Below are positions 18,964 through 28,621 of a stretch of 64,000 nt of DNA, in pieces. This stretch comes from an uncultured bacterium (GTDB taxonomy: Bacteria > Krumholzibacteriota > Krumholzibacteriia > JACNKJ01): the NCBI GenBank assembly GCA_963695095.1, contig CAVOFT010000001.1, forward strand, positions 1,824,001 through 1,888,000, read 5' to 3'. The notes under the pieces were generated by a model. The model was given only the letters and a program-made list of their open reading frames with translations, ran no database searches and was not told where the DNA came from. Within the stretch, counting starts at the first letter, position 1. Every line of letters begins with the position of its first letter. The position numbers and the translations under genes are program-made.

Positions 18964-19283
18964 TGGACATCGGCTGCAGCGAGCAAGGGGCGCAGGTGAT
19001 CCTCAGCGTCAAGGGCGAGATCGAGGTCTATTCCCTGCCCGAGTTCTCGCGCCTGGCGGAATCCTATCTGGGCGGCCCGGCGGAACTCGTCCTGGATCTC
19101 GAGGGCCTCGAGTACATCGATAGCTCGGGGCTCGGCTTTCTCGTCACCCTGCACGAACGCATGGAGCGCCAGGGCCAGCGGCTGGTGCTCGCCCACTTGC
19201 GCAGCCACGTCAGCCGCGTCTTCAAGATCACGCGCCTGGATCAGATCCTCGACATCCGCAGCGAGGAGGCGCCGACGCGCTGA
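18963..19283 (+). CDS. STAS-domain anti-sigma-factor antagonist (RsbV/SpoIIAA/HsbA type)
   Basis: LDLEGLEYIDSSGLG with the phosphorylatable Ser; VFKITRLD; TGATG coupling. Confidence 0.92.
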   Translation: MDIGCSEQGAQVILSVKGEIEVYSLPEFSRLAESYLGGPAELVLDLEGLEYIDSSGLGFLVTLHERMERQGQRLVLAHLRSHVSRVFKITRLDQILDIRSEEAPTR

Positions 19284-19372
19284 GGCAGGCTGAGGCAGCC
19301 GGCGGCAGGAAGGGGAAGAACTTGCCCCTCGCGGGCGTTCACTCTTGCCCACCGCTGTCCGCTCCCGATCCC

Positions 19373-19397
19373 TAAGCTCCCCAGGAACAAGGCCCTG
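19373..19397. promoter_or_regulatory. 25-bp IHF-like site (copy 3 of 5)
   Basis: TAAGCTCCCCAGGAACAAGGCCCTG, upstream of the flgF sigma54 promoter. Confidence 0.35.
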
Positions 19398-19424
19398 TCG
19401 CCGCCGTCGGCGGCCGGAGGCGCG

Positions 19425-19440
19425 TGGCACGCGCCTTGAT
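19425..19440 (+). promoter_or_regulatory. sigma54 promoter of the flgF operon (TTGAT variant)
   Basis: TGGCAC-GCGCC-TTGAT. Confidence 0.7.
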
Positions 19441-19507
19441 GTGCCACTGCCGGACGCTGCCCGACGCCCGGGAGAAGCGGCGGTCGCGTCCAGGGAGAAG
19501 CGGTTCC

Positions 19508-20230
19508 ATGATCAAGGCGCTCGCGAGCAGCGGGCAGGCGATGCAGGTCCAGCAGCGCCGCCACGAGCTGATCGCCAATAATCTCGCCAACGCCAACACG
19601 CCCGGCTTCCAGAAGCTGGTCAGTCGCGTCGAGCTGGGCGCGCCCAGCGGGGTCGGCCCGGCGGCGGCGACGAAGGGCCGCGCCCTCAGCGTCGGCATCT
19701 TCACCTCGACGGCGCAGGGGCCGCTCGAAAGCACCGGCAATCCCCTGGATGTCGCGCTGATGGGGGAGGGCTACTTCCTCATCGAGACGCCGGACGGGCC
19801 GCGCTTGAGCCGCGACGGCGCCTTCTCATTGAGCGCCGAAGGCGAGCTGCTGCATGGCTCCGGCTATCCGGTCCTGGCCGATGGCAGCGCCCTGCGCATC
19901 GAGGGCATCCCCAGCATCCTGCCCGACGGCACCGTCATGGACGGCAGCCGCGCCAGCGGCCGCCTCAGCGTCGTACGCCCGGTGGCCGGCACGGCGCTCT
20001 TGCGCCAGGGCGACAACCTGCTCGAGGCCCCGGGCGGCGTCGAGGAGGTGCCCGGCGAAGAGGTCACGGTGCAGGCGGGCCGCCGCGAGGGCTCGAATGT
20101 CGAACCGATCGAGGAGATGGTGGCGATGATCCGCGCCTTCCGCAGCTACGAGATGGCGCAGAAGGCGGCCCAGGCCGCAGACGACTTGCTGCGCGTGGCC
20201 GTCGAGCGGGTCGGGGTGCTGCGCGCCTAG
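19508..20230 (+). CDS. flgF: Flagellar proximal rod protein FlgF
   Basis: IANNLANANTPGF, TGNPLDVAL, EGSNVEPIEEMV; lies just upstream of flgG. Confidence 0.85.
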   Translation: MIKALASSGQAMQVQQRRHELIANNLANANTPGFQKLVSRVELGAPSGVGPAAATKGRALSVGIFTSTAQGPLESTGNPLDVALMGEGYFLIETPDGPRLSRDGAFSLSAEGELLHGSGYPVLADGSALRIEGIPSILPDGTVMDGSRASGRLSVVRPVAGTALLRQGDNLLEAPGGVEEVPGEEVTVQAGRREGSNVEPIEEMVAMIRAFRSYEMAQKAAQAADDLLRVAVERVGVLRA

Positions 20231-20309
20231 GTCCGCGAGCGGCGCGTGAAGCGCCGATCGGCCACCGCCAAACCGGGCGCCGCGGCGCTCAGAGCAGGGA
20301 GAAGCAACC

Positions 20310-21092
20310 ATGATGCGAGCCATGTCCACTTCAGCCAGCGGCATGCGGGCCCAGCAGCTCTACGTGGACACCATCGCCAACAACCTCGCCAACGTGAACA
20401 CCACGGCCTTCAAGGCCGCGCGGGCGGAGTTCCAGGACCTGCTCTACCAAACGGTCTCGCCCAATCAGCGCCAGGCCGCTGCCGCCGGGATCCAGCCGAT
20501 CCAGATCGGCCACGGCGTGCGCCTGGCCGCGGTGCGCCGCGACTTCAGCCAGGGCTCGACGATGGTCACCGGCAGCGCGCTCGACCTGGCGCTCACGGGC
20601 GAGGGCTTCTTCCGCATCGAGCAGGCGGACGGCAGCTTCGCCTATACCCGCGACGGCAGCTTCTCATTGGATGGCGAGGGGAGCCTGGTCACCTCGGCCG
20701 GCATGCGGGTCGCCCCCGGCTTCAGCTTCCCGGAGGGAACGAGCGAGGTGGGCGTGGAGCAGAACGGCCGCATCCTCGTGCGGGCCGACGGCGCCGAGGA
20801 GTCCACCGAACTGGGACGCCTCGATGTCTATCGCTTCGCCAATCCCGCGGGACTGCGGGCGCTGGGCGGCAATCTCTTCGCGGAGACCGAGGCCAGCGGA
20901 CAGGCCCAGCTCGGCGAGGCCGGCCAGGACGGGCTCGGCAGCGTCGAGGCCGGCCTGCTCGAGGCCAGCAACGTCAGCGTCGTCGAGGAGATGATCCGCC
21001 TCATCGAAGCGCAGCGCGCCTACGAGTTGAACTCCAAGGCCATTCAAACGGCCGAGGACATGCTTGCCCTCACCAGCCAGATCAAGCGCTAG
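20310..21092 (+). CDS. flgG: Flagellar distal rod protein FlgG
   Basis: ANNLANVNTTAFK, EFQDLLYQ, YTRDGSF, LEASNVSVVEEM, AQRAYELNSK. Confidence 0.95.
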   Translation: MMRAMSTSASGMRAQQLYVDTIANNLANVNTTAFKAARAEFQDLLYQTVSPNQRQAAAAGIQPIQIGHGVRLAAVRRDFSQGSTMVTGSALDLALTGEGFFRIEQADGSFAYTRDGSFSLDGEGSLVTSAGMRVAPGFSFPEGTSEVGVEQNGRILVRADGAEESTELGRLDVYRFANPAGLRALGGNLFAETEASGQAQLGEAGQDGLGSVEAGLLEASNVSVVEEMIRLIEAQRAYELNSKAIQTAEDMLALTSQIKR

Positions 21093-21099
21093 GCCGGCG

Positions 21100-22047
21100 A
21101 TGCGCAGCACCCTGCTGCTTCTCGCTCTCCTCGCGGCGGCGGTGGCCCCCGCCGCGGCGCCGGCGGCCGTGCTCACCTTGCGCGAGGTGGTCGCCTGCCA
21201 GGGGCCGAGCGTGAAGCTGGGCGAGCTGTTCGCGCTGGGCAGCGCCGGCGCGCTCGATGAGCGGCGCATCGCCGCCAGCCCCGCCCCCGGCGCCGGCAGC
21301 GTGCTGGAGCGCAGCCGCCTCGCGCGGCAGCTCGCCGACTGGGGCTGGCACGGTGAACTCAAGGGTCCGGCCCAGATCCGCTTGCGCACGCCGGGCGTCG
21401 TGGTCGCCACGGCGCCCTTGGAGGCAGCCGTAGCCGCGAACCTGGCCGCGCGCCTGGATTCCCTGGGCCTGCGCTTGAGCGCGGGCCCGGTCGGCTGGCC
21501 GGCGGAGCTGGTCTGCGGCAACGCACGCCTGCAGTGGCGACTGACCCTGCTCGGCGACGCGCCCCGCCCGGAGGGCCGGGCGCGCCTCACGCTGATCGAT
21601 GCCGCCGGCTTCGAGCAGCATCTGGAGTTGAGCTACAGCTGCCAGCAACCCCGTCAAGTCGGGGTCGCAAGCGTGGATCAGCCGCGGGGCGCGGTGCTCA
21701 GCGGATGGCAGGTCGAGGAGCGGGACGCGTTCGCGATCCGGGGCGAGCCGCTGACGCCGGCAGCCCTGGCGGGTGCCCTGCTCACGGAGCCGCTGCGGGC
21801 GGGCGCGGTGCTCACGCGGCGCAACGCGAAGCCGGCACCGCTCGTGCGGGCCGGGCGCGAGGTGGACGTGCGCCTGACGCGTGGTGCCGTCAGCGTCAGC
21901 CTGCGTGGGATCGCCCGCGAAGATGGCGCGCTCGGGGATCTGGTCACCGTGCGCCATCTCGACGGCCGCCTGCAACGCCGCTACCGCGTGGCGGGTGAGG
22001 GGCTCGTGGAACCCAGCTATGTGACGACCAAGGGAGGCTCTACATGA
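21100..22047 (+). CDS. flgA: P-ring assembly chaperone FlgA
   Basis: Signal peptide; C-terminal PLVRAGREV...GIAREDGALGDLVTVR (SAF/ChapFlgA); synteny. Confidence 0.85.
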   Translation: MRSTLLLLALLAAAVAPAAAPAAVLTLREVVACQGPSVKLGELFALGSAGALDERRIAASPAPGAGSVLERSRLARQLADWGWHGELKGPAQIRLRTPGVVVATAPLEAAVAANLAARLDSLGLRLSAGPVGWPAELVCGNARLQWRLTLLGDAPRPEGRARLTLIDAAGFEQHLELSYSCQQPRQVGVASVDQPRGAVLSGWQVEERDAFAIRGEPLTPAALAGALLTEPLRAGAVLTRRNAKPAPLVRAGREVDVRLTRGAVSVSLRGIAREDGALGDLVTVRHLDGRLQRRYRVAGEGLVEPSYVTTKGGST

Positions 22048-22622
22048 TCGGCAAGCGCATTGGCGTCGGCCTCGTCCTCTTCGCCCTGGCGGCGCCATCG
22101 GCTGCGGTCGAGCCGCTCTGGGACAGCGATGCCGGCGGCAGTCTCTACGCGAATGTCAAAGCCCATCGGCCGGGCGATCTGCTCACGGTGATCATCGTCG
22201 AGAACTCCAGCGCCAGCAGCGACGCCAAGACGGCCACCGAGAACGAGCATGACACGGCCGGCGGCCCGGGCGAGGGCGCCCTCAACTTCATCCCGCTCTG
22301 GGGATTCAAGCAGAAGACCAGCTACGACGGGAAGGGCAATACGACGCGCAAGGGCCAGCTGAGCGCCGTCATGAGCGCGCGCATCATGGAAGAGCTTCCC
22401 GGCGGCATGTTCCGCATCGAAGGCCATCGGGAGATCAAGCGCAATGGCGAGACCGAGGAGATGACGCTCAGCGGCATCATTCGCAGCCGGGACATCATGC
22501 CGGACAACACGATCAACTCGGCCGCCATCGCCGACGCCGTGATCCACTACGACGGCACGGGCGATGTGGCCAATGGCAACGAGCCCGGGTTCCTGACCCG
22601 GCTCATCAACTGGTTCTTCTAG
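22044..22622 (+). CDS. flgH: L-ring protein FlgH (no lipobox Cys)
   Basis: SLYANVKAHRPGDLLTVIIVE, SGIIRSRDIMPDNTINS, GFLTRLINWFF. Confidence 0.9.
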   Translation: MIGKRIGVGLVLFALAAPSAAVEPLWDSDAGGSLYANVKAHRPGDLLTVIIVENSSASSDAKTATENEHDTAGGPGEGALNFIPLWGFKQKTSYDGKGNTTRKGQLSAVMSARIMEELPGGMFRIEGHREIKRNGETEEMTLSGIIRSRDIMPDNTINSAAIADAVIHYDGTGDVANGNEPGFLTRLINWFF

Positions 22623-22631
22623 GAGATGACC

Positions 22632-23741
22632 ATGTGGCATCGCAGCGCGCGGCACGCTCTTCTCATGCTGCTCACCCTCGCCCTGCCGGGTCCGGCGGGC
22701 GCGGCGCGCATCAAGGACATCGCCAGCGTCGACGGCAGCCTGGGTGAACACCTGATCGGCTACGGGATCATCGTCGGCCTGAGCGGCAGCGGCGACGGCG
22801 GCAAGACCGGCTTCACCGCCCACTCGGTGGCCGGGATGATGGAGAAGTTCGGCCACACGCTCGATCCGGCCGAGCTCAAGCTGAAGAATGTGGCGGCCGT
22901 GATGGTCACCGCAACACTGATGCCCTACAGCAAGAGCGGCGGATCGCTGGACGTCACGGTGTCCAGCCTCGGCGACGCCACCAGTCTCGAGGGCGGCATC
23001 CTCTTGATGACGCCGCTGATCCGGCAGGCCGATGGCGTCCAGTACGCCATCGCCCAGGGGCCGGTGTCGATCGGCGGCTTCAACATCGATGCCGGCAAGG
23101 GCAACAGCCTGCGCCAGAACCACAGCACGGTCGGCCGCATCCCTGCCGGCGGCCAGCTCATCCGCGACTGGGACGGCCAGCTGCTGCGCGACAATCGCGT
23201 CGAGCTGAGCCTGCACAATCCGGACTTCACGACGGCCGATAACATCGCCCGCCGCATCAACGCCGCCATCGGCACCGAGGCCGCGCGCGTGTTCGGCGCC
23301 GGCCGCGTGTCGGTATGGATTCCCGCCGAGCGCGAGCGGGACCGCTTCGGCTTCATCGCGCAGGTGGAGAACCTGAGCGTCGACACCGATCTGCCCGCCC
23401 GCGTCGTGATCAACGAGCGCACCGGCACCGTGGTGGTGGGCGAGCACGTCACCATTCACGATGTCGCGATCGCGCACGGCAACCTGCGGGTCGAGATCCG
23501 GACCGACTATCGCGCCAGTCAACCCGCGCCCTTCGGGGAAGGGGAGAGCCTGCTCATCCCCGAAGTGAATGCCAGCGTCGCCAGCGGCGAGGGTCAGCTG
23601 GCCGTGTTCGGGCTCACGAATACGGTGGAGCAGGTGGCGCGCGCTCTCAACGAGCTGGGGGTCACCCCGCGGGACATGGTGGCGATCTTTCAAGCCCTCA
23701 AGTCGGCCGGCGCTCTCGAGGCCGAACTGGTGATCATGTAG
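22632..23741 (+). CDS. flgI: P-ring protein FlgI
   Basis: ARIKDIA, LIGYGIIVGLSGSGD, NVAAVMVTATLM, SSLGDATSLEGG, RVVINERTGTVV, GALEAEL. Confidence 0.96.
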   Translation: MWHRSARHALLMLLTLALPGPAGAARIKDIASVDGSLGEHLIGYGIIVGLSGSGDGGKTGFTAHSVAGMMEKFGHTLDPAELKLKNVAAVMVTATLMPYSKSGGSLDVTVSSLGDATSLEGGILLMTPLIRQADGVQYAIAQGPVSIGGFNIDAGKGNSLRQNHSTVGRIPAGGQLIRDWDGQLLRDNRVELSLHNPDFTTADNIARRINAAIGTEAARVFGAGRVSVWIPAERERDRFGFIAQVENLSVDTDLPARVVINERTGTVVVGEHVTIHDVAIAHGNLRVEIRTDYRASQPAPFGEGESLLIPEVNASVASGEGQLAVFGLTNTVEQVARALNELGVTPRDMVAIFQALKSAGALEAELVIM

Positions 23742-23752
23742 GAGGTCCGCTC

Positions 23753-24190
23753 ATGGCGGTCGACGGAATCAAAAGGATGCCGATGGCGGCGACGCCCAGG
23801 CTGCAAGCCGCCTCCGGCGGCCCCGCAGCGCCGGCAGCGCTGCCGACGGCGGCGGCGCTGCGGCCGCTGGCGGCCGCGTCGGGCAAAGGCATCGGCGGGG
23901 CGACCGCGCCCTGGCAGCCGCTGGCGGCATCGGCCGGCGGCAGCCAGCGGCAGGCCATCGCGGCAGTCAAGGACTTCGAGGCGGTCTTCCTGCGCCAGCT
24001 GGCCGGCGTGATGACGCGCAGCGCCAGCGGCCTGGCCGCGGGCAGCGAGGGCGCGGCCTTCTATCAGGGCATGATCGAGGAACAACTGGGCCGTCTGCTT
24101 GCCGAACGCGGAGGCGGCATGGGCCTGCAATCTGCACTGCTGGCGCGCCTGGCGGGCCAGAGCGAAGGAGCGGCCGATGTTGCGCGCTGA
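23753..24190 (+). CDS. flgJ: FlgJ-like rod-binding protein (no muramidase domain)
   Basis: KDFEAVFLRQL...FYQGMIEEQL...GGMGL; directly after flgI. Confidence 0.75.
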   Translation: MAVDGIKRMPMAATPRLQAASGGPAAPAALPTAAALRPLAAASGKGIGGATAPWQPLAASAGGSQRQAIAAVKDFEAVFLRQLAGVMTRSASGLAAGSEGAAFYQGMIEEQLGRLLAERGGGMGLQSALLARLAGQSEGAADVAR

Positions 24191-24665
24191 AGACCTGGAC
24201 TCGCTCGCCACGCTGCTCGCCGACGAGACGGCGGCTTACGCCGCGCTGCTTGACGCGACGGGCGCGCAGCACGCGGCGCTGCTCGCCGGGGCGCCCCCCG
24301 CTATCGAGGCCAGCCTCCTGGCGCAGGTGGCCGCGCTGGCCACTTGCCGGCGGGCGAGCGACGCTCGGGCCTCGCGCACACAGGAACTCGCCCAGGCGCT
24401 AACGCTCGGGCGGCCCTGCAGCACGGGGCGGCTGCTGGGCGCCCTGCCCGCAGCGCGCGACTTGCAGGCCGCCTATGCCCGGCTGCGGAGCTGCGGCGAC
24501 GAACTCCGCGAACTGAACGCCGCCAACCGGCGGCTCGACGAACACCGGCTGGATCTCATGCAGGGCGATGTCGCCGCGCTGCAGGCCATGCTCACGGGTG
24601 CCGCCGGCGGGACGACCGCCGATGGCGAGCCGACGACCGGCAGCTTCCTGTCCCTACGCGCCTGA
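24177..24665 (+). CDS. flgN: Export chaperone FlgN
   Basis: Helical protein with LRELNAANRRL; directly upstream of flgK. Confidence 0.7.
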   Translation: MLRAEDLDSLATLLADETAAYAALLDATGAQHAALLAGAPPAIEASLLAQVAALATCRRASDARASRTQELAQALTLGRPCSTGRLLGALPAARDLQAAYARLRSCGDELRELNAANRRLDEHRLDLMQGDVAALQAMLTGAAGGTTADGEPTTGSFLSLRA

Positions 24666-24674
24666 AGGAGGACC

Positions 24675-26066
24675 ATGTCCGGGCTCTTCGGCCTCTTGCA
24701 GACCACCAAGCTGACGATCTTCGCCCAGGAGATGTCGCTGGGGATCATCAATCACAACATCGCCAACGCCGGCACCGCCGGCTATCACCGGCAGCGGCTG
24801 AACGTTTCGGCCCGGGGCAGCTTGGTCGGCCTCGGGGGCAGCTTCGGCGGGGGCATCAACATCGACGGCGTCGAGCGGCTGGGCGATCGCTTCGTGCAGA
24901 ATCAGCTCGGCCGCGTCGGCGCACAGCGGGCGGAGCAGTCGGCGCTGGCCGACGCCTACGGCGTGCTGGAGACGATCTTCGGCGAGCCCGTCGACGACAC
25001 GCTCGGCGAGCAGGGCCTGGGCGATGCCCTGGACACCTTCCTGAACGCCTGGCAGCCGGTCATCAATCCGGAGATGAACTCCGATGATGCCGATACGCGC
25101 GGCCTGATCCTGGAAGCGGCCAGGAACCTGACCCATCGCTTCCGGGATGTCGCCGGCAACGTGCTCGACGAGGCGGCGACGCTGCGTGAGCGCGTGGGCG
25201 CCACCGTCGCCGAGGTGAACCGCCTGCTCGGCGATGTGGCGGATCTGAACCTCGCTCTCAGCAGCGGTTCGCTCAATGACAGCGCGCGGGGGGACTTCGA
25301 AGATGCCCGGGACGTCAAGCTGCAACGGCTGGCGACACTGGTCGGCGCGGAATGGCAGTTCACGGAGCAGGGGCAGCTCAAGGTCTACAGCGGCGGCCGC
25401 GTGCTCGTGGACCACGTCACGCCGCACGAAATCGAGGTCCAGAGCGTCGGCGGCGAGCGCGTGGATTCGCTGCGGCTGACGCCGGCCGGGGACAGCCATC
25501 CCCTGACGCCGGCCGGCGGCGAGCTCAAGGGCCTGCTCACGATGCTGGACAGCGAGCTGCCGGCCATCCTCGATCGCCTTGACACCCTGGCCCTCCGCCT
25601 GATGGAGCGCGTGAACGCGATCCACCAGGCCGCCACGGGCGACGGCGGCGGCGGCATCGACTTCTTCACGGGCAGCGACGCCAGCAGCATCGCCGTCAAT
25701 CCGGCCCTGATCGCCCACCCGGAGCAGGTCTCGCTGAGCGGGCTGCTCCCCGACGGTCGGGACATCGCGTCGGCCATCTTCGACCTGCATACGGAAACGG
25801 TGGACCCGGTGCGCGGCCTCACCCTGCAGGGGCTCTACGCGGGCATGATCGGCCGTCTCGGCGCCCGCAGCGCCACTGCCACCCAGCTCAGCACCGCCGC
25901 GGGGCGCCTGGAGGCGGGTCTGGCCGAGAAGCTGGAGTCGACTGCCGGCGTGAACATGGACGAGGAACTGGCCGAGATGATGATCGTGCAGAGGACATAC
26001 CAGGCGGCGTCCAAAGTGATCTCCGCCATCGATGAACTGCTGGATGTGCTGATGGGCATCCTCTAG
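24675..26066 (+). CDS. flgK: Hook-associated protein FlgK
   Basis: HNIANAGTAGYHRQR, GVNMDEELAEMM...YQAASKVI. Confidence 0.93.
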   Translation: MSGLFGLLQTTKLTIFAQEMSLGIINHNIANAGTAGYHRQRLNVSARGSLVGLGGSFGGGINIDGVERLGDRFVQNQLGRVGAQRAEQSALADAYGVLETIFGEPVDDTLGEQGLGDALDTFLNAWQPVINPEMNSDDADTRGLILEAARNLTHRFRDVAGNVLDEAATLRERVGATVAEVNRLLGDVADLNLALSSGSLNDSARGDFEDARDVKLQRLATLVGAEWQFTEQGQLKVYSGGRVLVDHVTPHEIEVQSVGGERVDSLRLTPAGDSHPLTPAGGELKGLLTMLDSELPAILDRLDTLALRLMERVNAIHQAATGDGGGGIDFFTGSDASSIAVNPALIAHPEQVSLSGLLPDGRDIASAIFDLHTETVDPVRGLTLQGLYAGMIGRLGARSATATQLSTAAGRLEAGLAEKLESTAGVNMDEELAEMMIVQRTYQAASKVISAIDELLDVLMGIL

Positions 26067-26075
26067 GAGGCAGCC

Positions 26076-27593
26076 ATGCGCGTGACCCAGAAGATGTGGC
26101 AGGACAACCTGCTCGGCAGCATCAACCGCTCCTATGACCGGCTGGCGAGCATCGACCTGCAACGGCGCATCACGAAACCCAGCGACGATCCCAGCGGCAC
26201 CGAGCAGCTGGTGCGCCTGCGTTCGCTGCTGGCTCGCAACGGGCAGTACCAGGCGAACGTCGCCAGCGCATCGCGCTGGCTGACCTACTCGGAAACGGCG
26301 CTCTCCGGCGCCGCCAACGGCATCCGCGAGGCGCATGGCTTGGCACTGACGGCCGCGGACGACGCCAACACGCTCGAGGGCATCGCCGAGAGCCTGGACT
26401 CCCTGATCGACGACCTGCTCAACCAGGCCAACGCCGAGCATGGTGGCCGCTACCTCTTCGGCGGCTCACGCGGCGCGACGCCGCCCTTCGTGCGCAGCGG
26501 CGACATCGTCACCTACCACGGCGACAACAACGAGCTGAGCACGGCCATCAGCAGCGGGCTCTCGCTGCGCTACAACCTGCCCGGCAGCGCGGTCTTCGGC
26601 GAGCAGGCCGCCAGCTTCACCAGCACCCTGGACTGGGACCGGGCGGCGGAGTGGAGCACGGCCCTCGGCGAGCTGTTCGACGGAGAGGGGATGGCGGGCG
26701 GGCGCGTGCGCATCACCGATGGCGCCGGCGTCTCGGTGGTCGTCGACCTGCGCGGCGCGGCCACGCTGGGTGATATTCGCGATCGCATCGAGGCGGCCCT
26801 GCCGAACCTGGACGTCAACCTGGTCGATGGCTCGCGGCTCGAGCTCCGCGACACGGTGAACAGCGGCGGCCGGGTGAGCATGGTCGACGTGCAGGGGGGC
26901 ACCACGGCGACGCTGCTCGGTTTCGGAGCGCCGGGTATCGGCGGCACGCTGCTCAGCCGGGACCTCGATCCGGTGCTGACCGCGACGACGCCGCTCACGG
27001 CACTGCGCGGCATCAGCTTGCCGCTGGGCCAGGTGGCGGTCTCCGTGGCGGGCGCGGTGCCGACGACGGTCGATCTTAGTGGCGCCACCACGGTCGGCGA
27101 GCTGCGCAATCTGTTCGGTGCGCTGCCCGGGGTGAGCGCGAGCATCGCGCCCGGGGGCAATCGGCTGACGGTGGTGGGCGACGGCCTGCAGAGCGTGGCG
27201 ATCAGCGATGCGGACGGCGACGGCACGGCGACTCTCCTCGGGCTCACGGGATCGGCAGTGCCGATCCGGCCCTTCGGAGCGCTCATCGACCTGCGCGCCG
27301 CCGTCGCCGCCGGCGATCGCGCGCAGGTGCGCGCGCTCTTGCCGGAGCTGGAGGCGCTCGAGGACCACTTCACGTCCGCGCGGGCGACGGCGGGCAATCG
27401 CCTCAATCTGGCCGAGGGCGCCCTGGCCACTCTGGAGGCCCGCAACTTCACGATGACGGCGGCGCTGTCCGAGATCGGCGACGCCGACATGACCGAGGCC
27501 CTCATCCAGTACCAGAGCGCGGAGTCGATCTATCAGGCCTCGCTCGTGATGGCGGCCAATATCTTCCAACTGACCCTGGCCAACTACCTCTAA
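26076..27593 (+). CDS. flgL: Hook-associated protein FlgL (with central insertion)
   Basis: MRVTQ, ITKPSDDP, GRYLFGG, YQASL...TLANYL. Confidence 0.92.
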   Translation: MRVTQKMWQDNLLGSINRSYDRLASIDLQRRITKPSDDPSGTEQLVRLRSLLARNGQYQANVASASRWLTYSETALSGAANGIREAHGLALTAADDANTLEGIAESLDSLIDDLLNQANAEHGGRYLFGGSRGATPPFVRSGDIVTYHGDNNELSTAISSGLSLRYNLPGSAVFGEQAASFTSTLDWDRAAEWSTALGELFDGEGMAGGRVRITDGAGVSVVVDLRGAATLGDIRDRIEAALPNLDVNLVDGSRLELRDTVNSGGRVSMVDVQGGTTATLLGFGAPGIGGTLLSRDLDPVLTATTPLTALRGISLPLGQVAVSVAGAVPTTVDLSGATTVGELRNLFGALPGVSASIAPGGNRLTVVGDGLQSVAISDADGDGTATLLGLTGSAVPIRPFGALIDLRAAVAAGDRAQVRALLPELEALEDHFTSARATAGNRLNLAEGALATLEARNFTMTAALSEIGDADMTEALIQYQSAESIYQASLVMAANIFQLTLANYL

Positions 27594-27610
27594 GAAAGGA
27601 GCAACAAGCC

Positions 27611-28117
27611 ATGCGCTTGTTCGGAACCCGTTTCGGAACTGTCGATTACGCGGAGCAGGATGTGCTCCAGCTCAGCGAGGGCCTGGTGGGCCTGCCCCAG
27701 CTCGAGCGCTTCCTGATCATGGAGTTCGCGGAGCAGGCGCCCTTCCGCTGGCTGCAGTCCCTGGACGACCCGGCGATCGGCTTTCTGATCGCCGACCCCG
27801 TGCTCTTCGATTCCAGTTTCAACCTGGCCCTCGATGAACACGATCTGCGCGGCCTCGATGTCAGCGCGCCCGAGGACTTGACGATCTTCGTGCTCTGCAC
27901 GCGGCGCGGGCCCTGGGCGGCGACGACCGGCAACCTGCTGGGGCCGATCATCGTGCATACGAGCGCCCGGCGCGGCCGCCAGATCATCGTCGAAGACGCC
28001 GGCTACTCCACGCATGCCCCGCTGCGCAAGGCGCTGCGTGTGCCCGGCGCGGACCGGCAGCGCGCTGCCGGCGCCGGCGCCGGCGCCGAGGACGGCGTGC
28101 GCGAGAGCAGCGGCTAG
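27611..28117 (+). CDS. fliW: Flagellin/CsrA partner-switching protein FliW
   Basis: TRFG, GLVG, FRWLQSLDDPAIGF, TGNLLGPIIV, GRQII. Confidence 0.93.
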   Translation: MRLFGTRFGTVDYAEQDVLQLSEGLVGLPQLERFLIMEFAEQAPFRWLQSLDDPAIGFLIADPVLFDSSFNLALDEHDLRGLDVSAPEDLTIFVLCTRRGPWAATTGNLLGPIIVHTSARRGRQIIVEDAGYSTHAPLRKALRVPGADRQRAAGAGAGAEDGVRESSG

Positions 28118-28138
28118 GCACAAGCGGAAGGAGCCACT

Positions 28139-28408
28139 GTGCTGGTACTCAGTCGGAAGCGTGACCAGAGCATCATCGTGGGGGATGCGATCAAGATCAC
28201 GGTCGTCGACGTGCGCGGCGACACCGTGCAACTCGGGATCGAGGCCCCGCGCGAGATCGGCATCTATCGGGAAGAGATCTATCACGCCATTCGCGAGGCG
28301 AATCGGGAAGCCATCGATCGCGAAGGCGGCAATGGCGACGCGGCTCGCGGCGCCGGCGAACGGCCCGACCCCGGCCATGGGCACCGCGATGCCGGGGATG
28401 GCCGGTAG
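28139..28408 (+). CDS. csrA: Translational regulator CsrA (FliW-associated type with C-terminal extension)
   Basis: MLVLSRKRDQSIIVGD...LGIEAPREIGIYREEIY...EANREA; GTG start after AAGGAG. Confidence 0.96.
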   Translation: MLVLSRKRDQSIIVGDAIKITVVDVRGDTVQLGIEAPREIGIYREEIYHAIREANREAIDREGGNGDAARGAGERPDPGHGHRDAGDGR

Positions 28409-28471
28409 GGGCCCCAGCGGCGCGACGGGGCCCCAGGCGGCCCCATCGGGGGCGGGCGCGGTAAAAAGGGC

Positions 28472-28498
28472 TCAAGTGCTACCGCGTGATGCCGATGA
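28472..28498 (+). promoter_or_regulatory. sigma28 promoter of flagellin 1
   Basis: TCAAG-N14-GCCGATGA. Confidence 0.8.
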
Positions 28499-28621
28499 AC
28501 GGAGCGGACGGCCATCTACGGCCGCAAACAAGAGCGAATGGGATCGCGATCCGCGACGAGGGAGCGGGGCGGATCCAAGACGTAGACGCCGCCAACGGCG
28601 AAGATGCAAGGAGAAGCAGCA

